Counted from the stretch's first letter, positions 30,604-41,396 are shown. The stretch: 64,000 nucleotides of DNA from Candidatus Woesearchaeota archaeon (GCA_016185845.1 JACPMV010000002.1:1564-65563), one strand, 5' to 3'. Notes: generated from the letters alone by a model not told the origin. Made by a program: numbers and translations.

Positions 30604-31281
30604 ATGAAAAGAAAAGTAGCAATTCATCAGATCAATTATTTGCCATGGATTGGCTATTTTAACAAAATTAAAATTTGTGATGTATTTGTTTTTCTTGACA
30701 GTGTGGATTATGTTAAAAATAATTACATGAATAGGAACAAGATAAAAACAAACACTGGATGGTGCTATTTGACAATTCCAATAGAAAGAAGATATTATAG
30801 GAAACCATTTAATATGGTAACATTGCCAAACAATGCCGACTGGGCAGATAATCACTGGAAAACTATCGAACTTAATTATAGAAAGGCGCCTTATTTCAAT
30901 AGCTACAAAGACTTCTTTGAGAAAAGTTACAAGTCATTGCCGAAAATACTTGGAGAATTTAACGAGAAATTTATTAGGCATATAATCAAGTTATTAGACA
31001 TAAATACAGAATTATTAAAATCAAGCGATTTAAATCTAGACAGAGAATTGAAGAAGACAGACCTATTGTTAGAGATAGTTAGAAGAACAAACGGGGTAAC
31101 GTATATTTCAGGGGTAGGGGCAAAAAATTACATGGAAATTGAAAAATTTACAGATGTAAATTTGGAGTTTCAAAATTTCGTACATCCAGATTATCATCAA
31201 TTACATGGAGACTGGATTCCATATCTTTCAATAATTGATTTGATATTTAATGAAGGGGAAAAATCAAAAAATTTTATTTAA
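30604..31281 (+). CDS. WbqC family protein
   Basis: HQINYLPWIGYF, NRNKI, YRKAPYF, YISG, LSIIDLIFNEG. Confidence 0.9.
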   Translation: MKRKVAIHQINYLPWIGYFNKIKICDVFVFLDSVDYVKNNYMNRNKIKTNTGWCYLTIPIERRYYRKPFNMVTLPNNADWADNHWKTIELNYRKAPYFNSYKDFFEKSYKSLPKILGEFNEKFIRHIIKLLDINTELLKSSDLNLDRELKKTDLLLEIVRRTNGVTYISGVGAKNYMEIEKFTDVNLEFQNFVHPDYHQLHGDWIPYLSIIDLIFNEGEKSKNFI

Positions 31282-31285
31282 TAAA

Positions 31286-32164
31286 ATGAAAGTGCTTGTT
31301 ACTGGTGCGACAGGATTCATAGGAGAGCATCTTGTCAAAGAGCTTCATAGAAGAAAATTTGAAGTTATTGGCATAAGCAAGAACAATCCAAACAAAAAGC
31401 TAAGATGCGATATAATGGATTATAAAAAACTTAAGAGGATTTTCCAAAAATATAGCGTAGATTCAGTCATTCATCTTGCAGCATTCATATCTGACAAGCC
31501 AGAAGACAAAGAAAAGATGAACCTTATTAATGTAAATGGCACCAAAAATGTACTCAAAGCTGCTGTAAGCGGAAACATTAAAGGGTTTATTTACATATCC
31601 AGCATGAGCATTTACGATAAGCGCAATAAGATTCCTATAAATGAAGAATCTGCAAAAAATCCCAGAGACTATTATGGGCTTACGAAGCTCAGGGCAGAAA
31701 AAACCTGCATGAACTACAGAAACAAATTTAATATTATTATCTTAAGGTATGCCGGCGTGTTTGGCTGTGGCAAAAATCATGGAGCTGCATATAATTTTGC
31801 TGCCAATGCGCTGCAAAGTAAAGATTTATATATCCAGGAAGACGGATTACAAACTCACGATTTTATTTATGTTAAGGATGCAGTATGGGCTACTTTGCTA
31901 GCGCTTAATAACCTAGACAAAATTAAATTTGGAATATTCAATATAGGTTCTGGCCAGGAATACTCAGTTAAGAAACTTGCGGAAATAATAGCAAGGCAAT
32001 GCTCCTCAAAATCAAAAATAATTTCAAATTTTGGGAGTGGAAAGCCTGAAAGGTTTTTGCTGGATATAAGCAAAGCAAAAAAAATATTGGGCTATAGGCC
32101 CCATTCAGTTGAGGAAAATGTTAAAGATTTTATTAGAGAGCTAAAATGCCAAAAATACCTTTAG
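31286..32164 (+). CDS. NAD-dependent epimerase/dehydratase
   Basis: VTGATGFIG, HLAA, YGLTK. Confidence 0.9.
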   Translation: MKVLVTGATGFIGEHLVKELHRRKFEVIGISKNNPNKKLRCDIMDYKKLKRIFQKYSVDSVIHLAAFISDKPEDKEKMNLINVNGTKNVLKAAVSGNIKGFIYISSMSIYDKRNKIPINEESAKNPRDYYGLTKLRAEKTCMNYRNKFNIIILRYAGVFGCGKNHGAAYNFAANALQSKDLYIQEDGLQTHDFIYVKDAVWATLLALNNLDKIKFGIFNIGSGQEYSVKKLAEIIARQCSSKSKIISNFGSGKPERFLLDISKAKKILGYRPHSVEENVKDFIRELKCQKYL

Positions 32165-33267
32165 CCAAACCATTTTTTGATAATAGAAGCATCAGCATAA
32201 TTAAAAAAGATATAGGGAAAATTCTGAAAAAAGGAAGACTTGTACTTGGTCCTTACACCGAGCAGTTCGAGAACGATTTTAAGGATTACATAGGATCAAA
32301 ATATGCTGTTGCTGTTAATACATGCACCTCAGCTCTTTCAATTTGCTTGAGCTATGCCGTGGTAAAGGGAAAGGAGGTGATTCTGCCCTCGAATACTTTT
32401 GTAACAGTCGCAAATGCCATTATAGAATGCGGCGGAAAAGTTATTTTTGCGGAGCTTGACCCTAGGACACTATGCCTTGACGTAGATGACGTTAAAAAAA
32501 AAATCACTAAAAATACAAGAGCAGTAATAGTACTACATATGCTGGGCATTATCGACCCAAGGATTGACGATTTAATAAATTTGTGCCGGAAAAAAAATAT
32601 TTTTCTTATTGAAGATAGTTCTCATGCACATGGCTCGATGATTAATGGCAGAAAGGCGGGGACTTTGGGGGATGCGGCATGTTTCAGCTTTTATCCTACA
32701 AAAGTCATGACCACTGCACTCGGCGGGATGATTACAACTAATAACCAAGACTTGTATAAGTATGCAAAGTCCCTTAGGTTTTTTGGTTCGGGAGGTAATC
32801 CAAACGAAATAATAAATACGGGGAATGACTGGCTCATGAGCGAGGTTCATGCATGCATTGGGATTAGCCAGCTTAAAAATTTAGACGAAAATATAAAAAG
32901 GAGAAATGCCCTAGTTAAGATTTATGAGAAGGGCTTGAGATCCATAAATGGAATAAAGTTGCTTAATGCACCAAAAAATATTAGACATTCATACTACAAG
33001 TTTGCAATCTATCTTGACGATAGCATAGATAGGGATCTTATTATAAAAAAAATGAAGGGCAATTTTCAGATTGAAACATCGCAGGTCTACGTTCCTTGTC
33101 ATCTGCACCCGATATATAAGAAGATATTTGGTTTCCATGAAGGAATGCTGAAAACAACAGAATATGCATTAAAGCATACTATATGCCTTCCAATTTACCC
33201 TCAAATGAACAGAGAGGAAGTTGACTACGTTCTTAATGCTTTTAAAAAGGAACTTAGGCAAGCATGA
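32146..33267 (+). CDS. DegT/DnrJ PLP aminotransferase
   Basis: EDSSHAHG, SFYPTKVMT. Confidence 0.92.
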   Translation: MPKIPLAKPFFDNRSISIIKKDIGKILKKGRLVLGPYTEQFENDFKDYIGSKYAVAVNTCTSALSICLSYAVVKGKEVILPSNTFVTVANAIIECGGKVIFAELDPRTLCLDVDDVKKKITKNTRAVIVLHMLGIIDPRIDDLINLCRKKNIFLIEDSSHAHGSMINGRKAGTLGDAACFSFYPTKVMTTALGGMITTNNQDLYKYAKSLRFFGSGGNPNEIINTGNDWLMSEVHACIGISQLKNLDENIKRRNALVKIYEKGLRSINGIKLLNAPKNIRHSYYKFAIYLDDSIDRDLIIKKMKGNFQIETSQVYVPCHLHPIYKKIFGFHEGMLKTTEYALKHTICLPIYPQMNREEVDYVLNAFKKELRQA

Positions 33268-33352
33268 AGATTGCATAAATGCAAGATCGCATTTTAGTAC
33301 GCCAATCCTTTCAAGCAAAAATTTTATAAATTAGGCCCTAAACCAAAAGACA

Positions 33353-34072
33353 ATGAAAGTATCAATAATTATACCCTGCTATAATGAGGAGGAAGGGATA
33401 GACTATCTATCTGGAATATTGTCAAAACTCCTGCCGAAAATCAGGAAAAAGTACAATATAGAACTAATATTTGTTGATGATGGAAGCAAAGATAATACTT
33501 ACAAATTGCTTAAAAAATATTTCGGAAAATGGAAATTTATGAGGATTTTAAAGCACAAAAAGAACATGGGATTTGGCGCTGCATTTAGAACAGGAATAAA
33601 GAATTCAACTGGAGATGTAATATTTCAGATGGATGCGGATTGCTCATATCCTGTGGATAATGTTATGAATATGATAGCTGATATAGGGCAATATGATGTT
33701 GTGACAGCATCTCCCTTGCATCCTAAAGGAAAAATAGGAGACGTTCCATTTTATAGAAGGGTTCTTAGCACGTCTATATCAAAAATTTATAGGCTTATAT
33801 CTGGCTCTAATATACACACTTTTACCTGCGCATTCAGGACTTACAAGGGAGATATGCTTAGAAATCTAAAGTTCGAATCCAATGGATTTACCTGCGCTGC
33901 CGAGATACTCCTACTTTTACTTATTAAAAAATATAAGGTCAAGGAATTTCCTTCGATAGTAAGCAATAGGTTATACGGCCAGTCAAAAATGAAAACATTA
34001 AAGACAATCAAGGAACACTTAAAGCTAATAATGCGAATATTAAAAATACGCATATTTGGCATAGGAGGCTAA
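33353..34072 (+). CDS. GT2 polyprenol-phosphate glycosyltransferase-like
   Basis: IPCYNEE, DDGSKD, MDADCSY. Confidence 0.9.
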   Translation: MKVSIIIPCYNEEEGIDYLSGILSKLLPKIRKKYNIELIFVDDGSKDNTYKLLKKYFGKWKFMRILKHKKNMGFGAAFRTGIKNSTGDVIFQMDADCSYPVDNVMNMIADIGQYDVVTASPLHPKGKIGDVPFYRRVLSTSISKIYRLISGSNIHTFTCAFRTYKGDMLRNLKFESNGFTCAAEILLLLLIKKYKVKEFPSIVSNRLYGQSKMKTLKTIKEHLKLIMRILKIRIFGIGG

Positions 34073-34074
34073 AA

Positions 34075-35550
34075 ATGAAAAAAACTCTAATAATTTTAAT
34101 CTCCTTTCTTCTCCTTGGTTCTTTTTTAAGATTCTATCAAATAGGTACTGAAAGCTTCTGGGTTGATGAAGCAACAACAGCATTGGCGATAAAACAATAC
34201 AATACCAAAGAAATTTTTTTGAATCTGTATACGACAGGAAGAATACTGCCTGAGCATTCTTTTCTTGGAAATGGCGATTTTCCCGTTTATTATTTAGGAT
34301 TAGGGGCATGGTCAAATATTTTTGGCATAAGCGAGTTTTCATTAAGGTCATTCTCGGCAATTTTTGGGGTTATATCCATATTACTAGTATTCTTAATTTC
34401 AAAAGAGCTATTCAATGAAAAGACCGGATTGATTGCTTCATTTATATTCTCGATCCATATTGTGATGATAGAATACTCGCAGGAAGCAAGGCTCTATGGA
34501 TTTATGCTTTTTATCGTTTTGCTTACCTTATTCTCATTGGCAAAATTCATCAATACAGGAAAATATCTTTCAATTCTTGCAATCTCTAATGTTTTAGGAA
34601 TTTTTACAAGCCCGGTGTTTTTATTTTTCTTTATATTTGAATTAATTTATTTCTCTTATATATTCCTAAAAGAATTTATAAAATCAAAAAAGTTAAAAAT
34701 AACAAAACTACATATAGTTTTGCTTGGGCTAGTGATTATTTATTTGCCATTAATCTATAGGATGTTTAATTTTTCAATTGCAGGGCTAAGATATTCTGGA
34801 GATATGTCCTTAGCAAAATTAGCCAAAATATTTGTTCAGTTCAACGCATGGCTGCACCCCTCAGCAGAGCTTTTGTCAAAGATAAACGGCAAGGTATTCA
34901 ATTTATTCAGCATATCAGAATGGATTGCCGTTTTATCGGTCGTGTTAATATCTGCAATGCTCGGAGCATTTTTTGTGAGAAGCCTCTTTAACAGGAATAA
35001 AAGAAATTTAGGATTCTCAATGGCTGCTTTGATAATTCCTTTTATGATATTTTTTGCAGCTCTTTATAAAGTACTTTCTATATTCCCTTCAAACAGATAT
35101 ATCCTCTATACAGTTCCAATCTATATTATGATAGCCTCTTTTGGCATGTCTACGCTAACTAATAAGAAATTGGCGATAGTTATGTCGGTGTTGCTTGTGT
35201 CGTCTTCAATGCCTTTGTATTTTTATTATGCCAATCCAATTCATCCTGAATACGGGAAAGCAGTCTCATATTTAGAGAGCAAAGCACAAGCTACCGATAC
35301 TATCGTAGTAAACATTCTTACAGTCATACTACCATTTGATTATTATTCTGACAAACTAAGCAATGTTTACGGAGTATTCGATGCCAATGACTTAAAGAAC
35401 ATAGATATAAATAAAAAATCTGTGTGGCTAGTTTTGTCCACAAAGCATGCCGATCAAAGCGGACAAATAAGAACGTACTTTGAGCAAAATTACAGAGCAA
35501 TTGAGACAAAAGAGTTTTTTGAAGTCAAAATCGTGCATTACATAAGATAA
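34075..35550 (+). CDS. GT-C glycosyltransferase (GT39/ArnT/PMT-like)
   Basis: LRFYQIGTESFWVDE, SLRSFSA, YSQEARLY; multiple TM segments. Confidence 0.85.
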   Translation: MKKTLIILISFLLLGSFLRFYQIGTESFWVDEATTALAIKQYNTKEIFLNLYTTGRILPEHSFLGNGDFPVYYLGLGAWSNIFGISEFSLRSFSAIFGVISILLVFLISKELFNEKTGLIASFIFSIHIVMIEYSQEARLYGFMLFIVLLTLFSLAKFINTGKYLSILAISNVLGIFTSPVFLFFFIFELIYFSYIFLKEFIKSKKLKITKLHIVLLGLVIIYLPLIYRMFNFSIAGLRYSGDMSLAKLAKIFVQFNAWLHPSAELLSKINGKVFNLFSISEWIAVLSVVLISAMLGAFFVRSLFNRNKRNLGFSMAALIIPFMIFFAALYKVLSIFPSNRYILYTVPIYIMIASFGMSTLTNKKLAIVMSVLLVSSSMPLYFYYANPIHPEYGKAVSYLESKAQATDTIVVNILTVILPFDYYSDKLSNVYGVFDANDLKNIDINKKSVWLVLSTKHADQSGQIRTYFEQNYRAIETKEFFEVKIVHYIR

Positions 35551-35556
35551 TTATTG

Positions 35557-36759
35557 CTAGCCGTTCAGTGTGTTCTTCACATCAACAATTTTTTCTTTCA
35601 TTTTTATCAACTCTTTTTTATACGATGTTTCCCTGTTCATCAAAATTATAGCATCCATTTTTCTGAAATTGTCAATGTAATCAATGCCAAATTCCTTTTT
35701 AACCTCTTCCTTTGTATACAATGGATCTAATCCATAAACATTATATCCTTTTTTCTTAAGCAATCCTATTAACGCAATCGACCTGCTATAAGCCTTTTCC
35801 TTCACACCTTCCCTATAACTTAGCCCAATTATTCCAACTTTCCCATTTTTCTTATTTTTTGCTATTTTGTCAACCCTATCTGCATAATATCTTACCATAT
35901 CATCATTAATCTGCCTTGCGGCCTTTATCAAAGGCACATTCATGCTATTTATCAAAAACCAGGGATAGACCGGAATGCAGTGACCGCCAACATTGCCAGG
36001 CTCAAGTATGTTGCAATACTGGTGCTTTGCAGCTTCCTTCATCTCCCAGAAATCAATATTGTAATGCTCAGAGACTTTGAAAAACTCATTTGCCAGAGCA
36101 ATATTCACATCCCGATAAACTCCTTCCGCAATCTTTGCCAGCTCCGCAGTCCTTGAATTTGCAACTTTGAAAGGATTTGCGAATTTTTTATATATTTCAA
36201 ATGCCTTTTGCGTGCTTATTCCGTTTATTCCGCCGACAATTTTCGGGAATTCCTTGAATCTTGATATGGAATAGCCAGTCATTATCCTTTCAGGGCTGTA
36301 AGCGAGATAGAAATCTTTGCCGGCTTTCAACATTGAATTTTTTTCCAGAATGCCCTTTATAAGACTCTCAGTTGTTCCAACAAGAACTGTGGTTTCCAAC
36401 ACAACTATATCTTTTTTTTTCAGGCCTTTTCCTACGCTTTCAACAGCGTGTTCTATTATTGAAAAATCCGGCCTTTTGCTGTCGTCTATAAACAAAGGCA
36501 CAATTACAATATGCACATTGCACTCTTTGGAAGCTGTTATTGCATCAGAAGTCGCATTTAACCGATTCCCGCCGTGCTTTTTTATTAATTCGCTCAGGCC
36601 CGGCTCTTCCTTTACAGGATTTACTCCGCGGTTGATTAATTCTACTTTCTTTTTATCAACGTCAACCCCCAGCACTTCAATTCCGGCATCTGCAATCACA
36701 GCTGCCAATGGAAGACCTGCTTTTCCCAATCCTACCACAGCTATTTTTAACTTGCTCAT
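35557..36759 (-). CDS. Nucleotide-sugar 6-dehydrogenase (WbpA/WecC family)
   Basis: VGLGKAGLP, YSPER, RDVNIALANE, GGHCIP. Confidence 0.9.
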   Translation of the reverse strand: MSKLKIAVVGLGKAGLPLAAVIADAGIEVLGVDVDKKKVELINRGVNPVKEEPGLSELIKKHGGNRLNATSDAITASKECNVHIVIVPLFIDDSKRPDFSIIEHAVESVGKGLKKKDIVVLETTVLVGTTESLIKGILEKNSMLKAGKDFYLAYSPERIMTGYSISRFKEFPKIVGGINGISTQKAFEIYKKFANPFKVANSRTAELAKIAEGVYRDVNIALANEFFKVSEHYNIDFWEMKEAAKHQYCNILEPGNVGGHCIPVYPWFLINSMNVPLIKAARQINDDMVRYYADRVDKIAKNKKNGKVGIIGLSYREGVKEKAYSRSIALIGLLKKKGYNVYGLDPLYTKEEVKKEFGIDYIDNFRKMDAIILMNRETSYKKELIKMKEKIVDVKNTLNG

Positions 36760-38639
36760 TTTAGGAAACTGCTCATGCTTAAATCAGGCTTCTGGAATTT
36801 TGACGGGTTTATATATATCTTATGCCATATCTCAAAAGCAACAAGGTTCCACAGGAGGTTGTAATTTTGAGTATTTTTTTCAGAAACTTTTTCTTTAAGG
36901 ACTTTTTCTATAAACGTTCTGCTTATATACTTTTTGCAGGCTAAAACCCCGTTCGGAAGCATATTTTGGGCAATATCCCTAAGCTCGCTTTTGTACAGCG
37001 AATGCGTTGTTGTTGCAAAGCCCCACTTTTTTCTTTTTGAAATTTTTTTCGGCAGAACACCCGACACCATTTTTCTTAGTATATATTTTCCGCTGCCGTC
37101 CCTTATTTTCAGCCTTGCCGGCAGGCTGAAGCAGAAATCTATCAAGTTATTATCAAGAAACGGGACTCTGGCTTCAACGCTGTTTGCCATTGACATGGAA
37201 TCCTCAACAGCAAGGAAATCATTGGGCATCTTCACATTAAATTCGGCATAAAAAGCCTGTTCTACCGGATTCGCGCCTTTTTCTTTGAAATAATCTTCAA
37301 ACTCCCCTGACACAGATGAATTGATTTTGCCTTTTAATTTTTCCGAATAAATCCCCTTAAGCTGTTTTGAATCAAAGCCGGCATCTGCAGATGTTATGAA
37401 CGAATATGCTTCTGCCGGATTTCTTGCTTTTCTTATCTTTGCTATCTTATCATTATACTCCTCTTTTGAGAATATCTTATTATAGGGCAATTGCGAATTA
37501 TTACTTTTTTTCCTGCCTGCGATGCAGTCCATATAATCATATCTGTGCACATAGCCGCCTAATAGCTCATCACCGCCCATGCCTGAATGGATTACTTTAA
37601 TGTGCTTCGCAACTTCCTTATAAACTAAATAAGGGTAAAGATTTCTTTTTGGCATATCCATGTGCCATATCATTTTTGGAAATTCATCAAACAAATTGAA
37701 TTTGACAACAAGCTCTTTGTGGCTTGTCTTGAATTTGTCTGCGACAGCCCTCGCATATTCAAATTCATCAGTCGATTCGCCAAATCCCATGCAGAACGTG
37801 TTTATCGGCTTATCGGAAACTTTTGAGGCAAATGCAACTATTGCTGAGGTATCCAGGCCGCCTGAGAGAAAAGAGCCAATAGGCACGTCGCTTATCATCT
37901 GCAGCTTCACAGCATTCTGCATTGTGCTTCTTAATTTACCTATCGCGTAATTTTCATCAATTTCCTCATTAACATCAATATCCAGCTCCCAGTATTTTCC
38001 TATTTTGATATTTTTTTTTGATGCAATAAGGCAATGCCCGGGCAACAGCTTATTTATTCCTTTGAACATTGTTTTTTTCCCGGGCACATATCTGAGCCTT
38101 ATGTACTGATTTAATGCGTCCAAATCAACTTCCCTTTTGACTTCAGGATGCTGCAGTATGGACTTTATCTCAGAGGCAAACAGCAAAGAATTGCCTTTTA
38201 ATAGCGCGTAATACAGCGGCTTGACCCCGCACCTGTCCCTTGCAAGCAGCAATTGCTTTTTATTATCGTCATAAAGCGCAAAGGCAAACATCCCGTTAAA
38301 GCTCTTGAGGCATTCTATGCCGTATTCCTCATAGCTATGAACAATGGCTTCTGTGTCAGTGTTTGTATAAAATCTGTGGCCTTTTCTTTCAAGGTCCCTT
38401 CTCAATTCCTGGAAATTATATATCTCGCCATTATAAACTATTGCGATAGACTTGTCTTCATTGAAGATAGGCTGGTCTCCTGTTGCCAAGTCAATAATGC
38501 TGAGCCTCCTGCTTGCCAGCATAACATTCCTGTTTGTGTAATAGCCCTCGCCGTCAGGGCCCCTATGGGAGATTATATCGGCCATTCTCTTAAGAAGCGC
38601 CTTCTCCTCAAATCCATAAAATCCTGCAATACCGCACAT
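36756..38639 (-). CDS. asnB: AsnB-like glutamine amidotransferase (probably glycan amidation)
   Basis: MCGIAG, HRGPD, NGEIYN, LSGGLD, EARVPFLD. Confidence 0.88.
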   Translation of the reverse strand: MCGIAGFYGFEEKALLKRMADIISHRGPDGEGYYTNRNVMLASRRLSIIDLATGDQPIFNEDKSIAIVYNGEIYNFQELRRDLERKGHRFYTNTDTEAIVHSYEEYGIECLKSFNGMFAFALYDDNKKQLLLARDRCGVKPLYYALLKGNSLLFASEIKSILQHPEVKREVDLDALNQYIRLRYVPGKKTMFKGINKLLPGHCLIASKKNIKIGKYWELDIDVNEEIDENYAIGKLRSTMQNAVKLQMISDVPIGSFLSGGLDTSAIVAFASKVSDKPINTFCMGFGESTDEFEYARAVADKFKTSHKELVVKFNLFDEFPKMIWHMDMPKRNLYPYLVYKEVAKHIKVIHSGMGGDELLGGYVHRYDYMDCIAGRKKSNNSQLPYNKIFSKEEYNDKIAKIRKARNPAEAYSFITSADAGFDSKQLKGIYSEKLKGKINSSVSGEFEDYFKEKGANPVEQAFYAEFNVKMPNDFLAVEDSMSMANSVEARVPFLDNNLIDFCFSLPARLKIRDGSGKYILRKMVSGVLPKKISKRKKWGFATTTHSLYKSELRDIAQNMLPNGVLACKKYISRTFIEKVLKEKVSEKNTQNYNLLWNLVAFEIWHKIYINPSKFQKPDLSMSSFLK

Positions 38640-38659
38640 TTTGGTTCAGTAAGTAAAAT

Positions 38660-41239
38660 TTAAGCTTGGCCGCGGCCGTACTTCAATAAAGCAACAAAAA
38701 ACAGCGAGCATGCAATAACGGCAATCAATGAGACAACACCGAATAGCTTCTCTTTTAAAACTATATCATACTTTAATGTTATGACATTCCCTTTTATCGT
38801 TCTTACCATTATCATGTTGAAATTAGTCGGATATAATGGAACTTCCCTATTGTTCATGGATGCCTTCCATCTTGGAAAAAACTCTTCCTTGAAGACAGCA
38901 AATTCATTGTCATTAAATTCCCCGTATATCTCTACAAGCTGCGGGTTTTTTCTGCTGAAAGTCAATGGTATAGGCTCCGCCGGCACTTTATCCTGGGCAT
39001 AATCCAAGGCCTTCTTTGGATTGGCAAAATCATACCTTTCAAGCGGACTTACTGTCACATATTTATAACCCTCTTTTGCCTTGTAAACATCCTTATCGAC
39101 ATTCTTCAATACACTCACTTTTTCAGCGTAATTAGTGCCGTTCACCATAAGAAATACCATGCACTGATTTTGGTATAAAGGTGTTGTGTGATTTGGATAC
39201 ATTTTGAATAGGACAGCATTACCGACAGGATGGCATATATTAAGGAACAGGTATTTGTAGCCGCCAAGCCTGAGGTAATTGCTCATCTCAGTGCCCGATA
39301 TCGTATAAATTCCCGGGAACTCTCCGAATGAATGGCTTGTGTGCAGCATGTCATAGATGTTGTTGAGCTCAGACCACAGATTATACTGATATCTTGTGAA
39401 GTAATGCCCGGTATTGTAAGCCATTCCGGGATCAACTGCATTGGAAAAAAGCCCGTATGTAATGAATCTCCCGTCATTTGGCAGGCTTCTTACAAAATCC
39501 ATTTCGCCTTTTAAAGTTCCCTCAGAGATTATCTGCTCCGCGTGTATATTATCGAGATTTATCCTTGAGTAATAAACATTATGAAGCAGGAAGCCTGCAA
39601 ATACTGCAATCAGTATTGTGCGCGCTTCTTTAGACTTGAAAGAATCAAAGGATGCGGCTATGGATGCGGAGAGCACTACAACTGTATAGGGAAGTATTAT
39701 CCTGTAGCCGGTCTCCAAAGTCCCCATATTGAAAGTAGCTGTTATGAAGTAATATAGGATAAACTGCACTATGAATGTGACTGCAAACAATCCTGCTTTT
39801 CTTAGTTTTTCGCTCTTTAGATTGAATATCACATAAAAAAAAGCAATGCTTCCTATTACCGACAGGAAAAATCCGGATTCTTTGGTATCCAGCCGATTAA
39901 GATCAGGATATTTTATCGAGAACGGAACAATGCCCGGATTTGTGAAATAATCCCTCGTATAAGGAAAAAAATTCTTTAATACCGGCGCTTTGTTGAAGAG
40001 CCCCCTTGGATGCTCCCTTATATAATCATCGTAACTGGCACCTACAAGAGTGTAAGCGAACGCAACTCCAAGAAATATTATGGCTACAAGCGCAACTTTC
40101 CATTTATTCTTCAGCATGTAATTAATTCCATCCCGCATTGATTGCCTGTCTCCGACATATACTACCAGCAAAAGGGAGAATGCGAATACCCACACCCCAA
40201 TGGCCTGTATTACGTGCACCATATACGTCATTACAAGCAGATAGCCCATAATGAACCATTCTGCTGCCTTTTTTGGCTTGGAAAGTATCATTGCAAAAAG
40301 AAGAAGATTTATCGGATGCGCAGAGAATGACTTCAGGCTTTCAAGTATCCTGACAAACTGGAAGCTCAGGCCTATTGCAAGGCTGCCCAGAATTATGAAA
40401 TAAACAGAGTGCCTGCTGCTGTTGCTTCCATTTATTGCAAGCACCTCTTTAAGGAAGACAGCGGCTCCAAGAACCACCATCCAAAGTATAAACATGCTAT
40501 GGGAGTTATAGATAAGCAGCGCATCAAACCATTGCTTTAGAAGAATAGTGGATACTACCAAGATATCCTTTGTGAAATGCAAAGGAGAATCAGTTAGGAA
40601 AAGCTGCTCGCCCATCCCTATGCCCGGGTCGTATTGCGGGAAGAAGCCAAATTTTTCTATATTATTTATAATAAAAGCCTGTTTTGTGTAAATTTCAGTT
40701 GCATTTGAAGTATGCAGGCTGCTGCTGTTGTAAATGACGCTCATGACAAAGAACATCAGGAACAAGGTTCCAAGCAAAATTTTGTAGTCTTCATTGCTCA
40801 TTGAAAAAACGCCTTTAACGGCATCTTTTCCATTCTTCCTTACAAAAACATAATAGGCTATTGACAGAAAAACAGCAATAACGGCAATTATGAAATATGC
40901 GCTAATTTTGATCCCAAGCACATTCGGGTAGTAAACGACAAGCCTGACAACATGAGTTACTGCAAATCCAAGCACGTAGCTTTTGATAAAAGTAGGGTTT
41001 TCCAGAACTGTGCCGAACACAAGGAAAGGGATATAGAAAATGAAAAAAACAAAAAATGGGGGGAATGGCAAGGTTGCTATTGAAATATAAATTAGGTTTT
41101 TTATGCCCGGTTCAAGCTTAGACCCAAATATGACAACCAAGACAGCTATGGACAGGGGAATATAAAGGAAACTCTTGAGTACAAGAGACAACAGGATTAA
41201 ATAGGCTACTATAAGCAAGTCGTTCAGTTTTATCTTCAT
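38660..41239 (-). CDS. Large polytopic membrane protein (GT-C/YfhO-like)
   Basis: Many TM segments; C-terminal soluble domain with FFPRWKA and a terminal TM helix. Confidence 0.6.
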   Translation of the reverse strand: MKIKLNDLLIVAYLILLSLVLKSFLYIPLSIAVLVVIFGSKLEPGIKNLIYISIATLPFPPFFVFFIFYIPFLVFGTVLENPTFIKSYVLGFAVTHVVRLVVYYPNVLGIKISAYFIIAVIAVFLSIAYYVFVRKNGKDAVKGVFSMSNEDYKILLGTLFLMFFVMSVIYNSSSLHTSNATEIYTKQAFIINNIEKFGFFPQYDPGIGMGEQLFLTDSPLHFTKDILVVSTILLKQWFDALLIYNSHSMFILWMVVLGAAVFLKEVLAINGSNSSRHSVYFIILGSLAIGLSFQFVRILESLKSFSAHPINLLLFAMILSKPKKAAEWFIMGYLLVMTYMVHVIQAIGVWVFAFSLLLVVYVGDRQSMRDGINYMLKNKWKVALVAIIFLGVAFAYTLVGASYDDYIREHPRGLFNKAPVLKNFFPYTRDYFTNPGIVPFSIKYPDLNRLDTKESGFFLSVIGSIAFFYVIFNLKSEKLRKAGLFAVTFIVQFILYYFITATFNMGTLETGYRIILPYTVVVLSASIAASFDSFKSKEARTILIAVFAGFLLHNVYYSRINLDNIHAEQIISEGTLKGEMDFVRSLPNDGRFITYGLFSNAVDPGMAYNTGHYFTRYQYNLWSELNNIYDMLHTSHSFGEFPGIYTISGTEMSNYLRLGGYKYLFLNICHPVGNAVLFKMYPNHTTPLYQNQCMVFLMVNGTNYAEKVSVLKNVDKDVYKAKEGYKYVTVSPLERYDFANPKKALDYAQDKVPAEPIPLTFSRKNPQLVEIYGEFNDNEFAVFKEEFFPRWKASMNNREVPLYPTNFNMIMVRTIKGNVITLKYDIVLKEKLFGVVSLIAVIACSLFFVALLKYGRGQA

Positions 41240-41315
41240 GCTACCCCGGCTAATGAAATAATTAACTATATTTAAAGGATTTGGTTGATTATCGGAGCTA
41301 TGTTTATGAAATTTA

Positions 41316-41331
41316 TGGTACGTAAAATTCT
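41316..41331 (+). repeat. Direct repeat, copy 1
   Basis: TGGTACGTAAAATTCT; 15/16 identical to 42268-42283. Confidence 0.6.
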
Positions 41332-41396
41332 TCAACCCAAAAATCTGCTTTCTAGTCAGAAAAGCTTAATAATTCTTAAAATTCTGATGTAACTCC

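Noticed and set aside
32494..32503. A10 run and other A/T runs of 9-10 nt as phase-variable tracts
   Set aside because: Expected in Lys-rich, AT-rich coding sequence; only the T16 tract stands out.
36756..38639. asnB as an asparagine-biosynthesis gene
   Set aside because: It overlaps a nucleotide-sugar dehydrogenase in a glycan locus, so sugar amidation is more likely.
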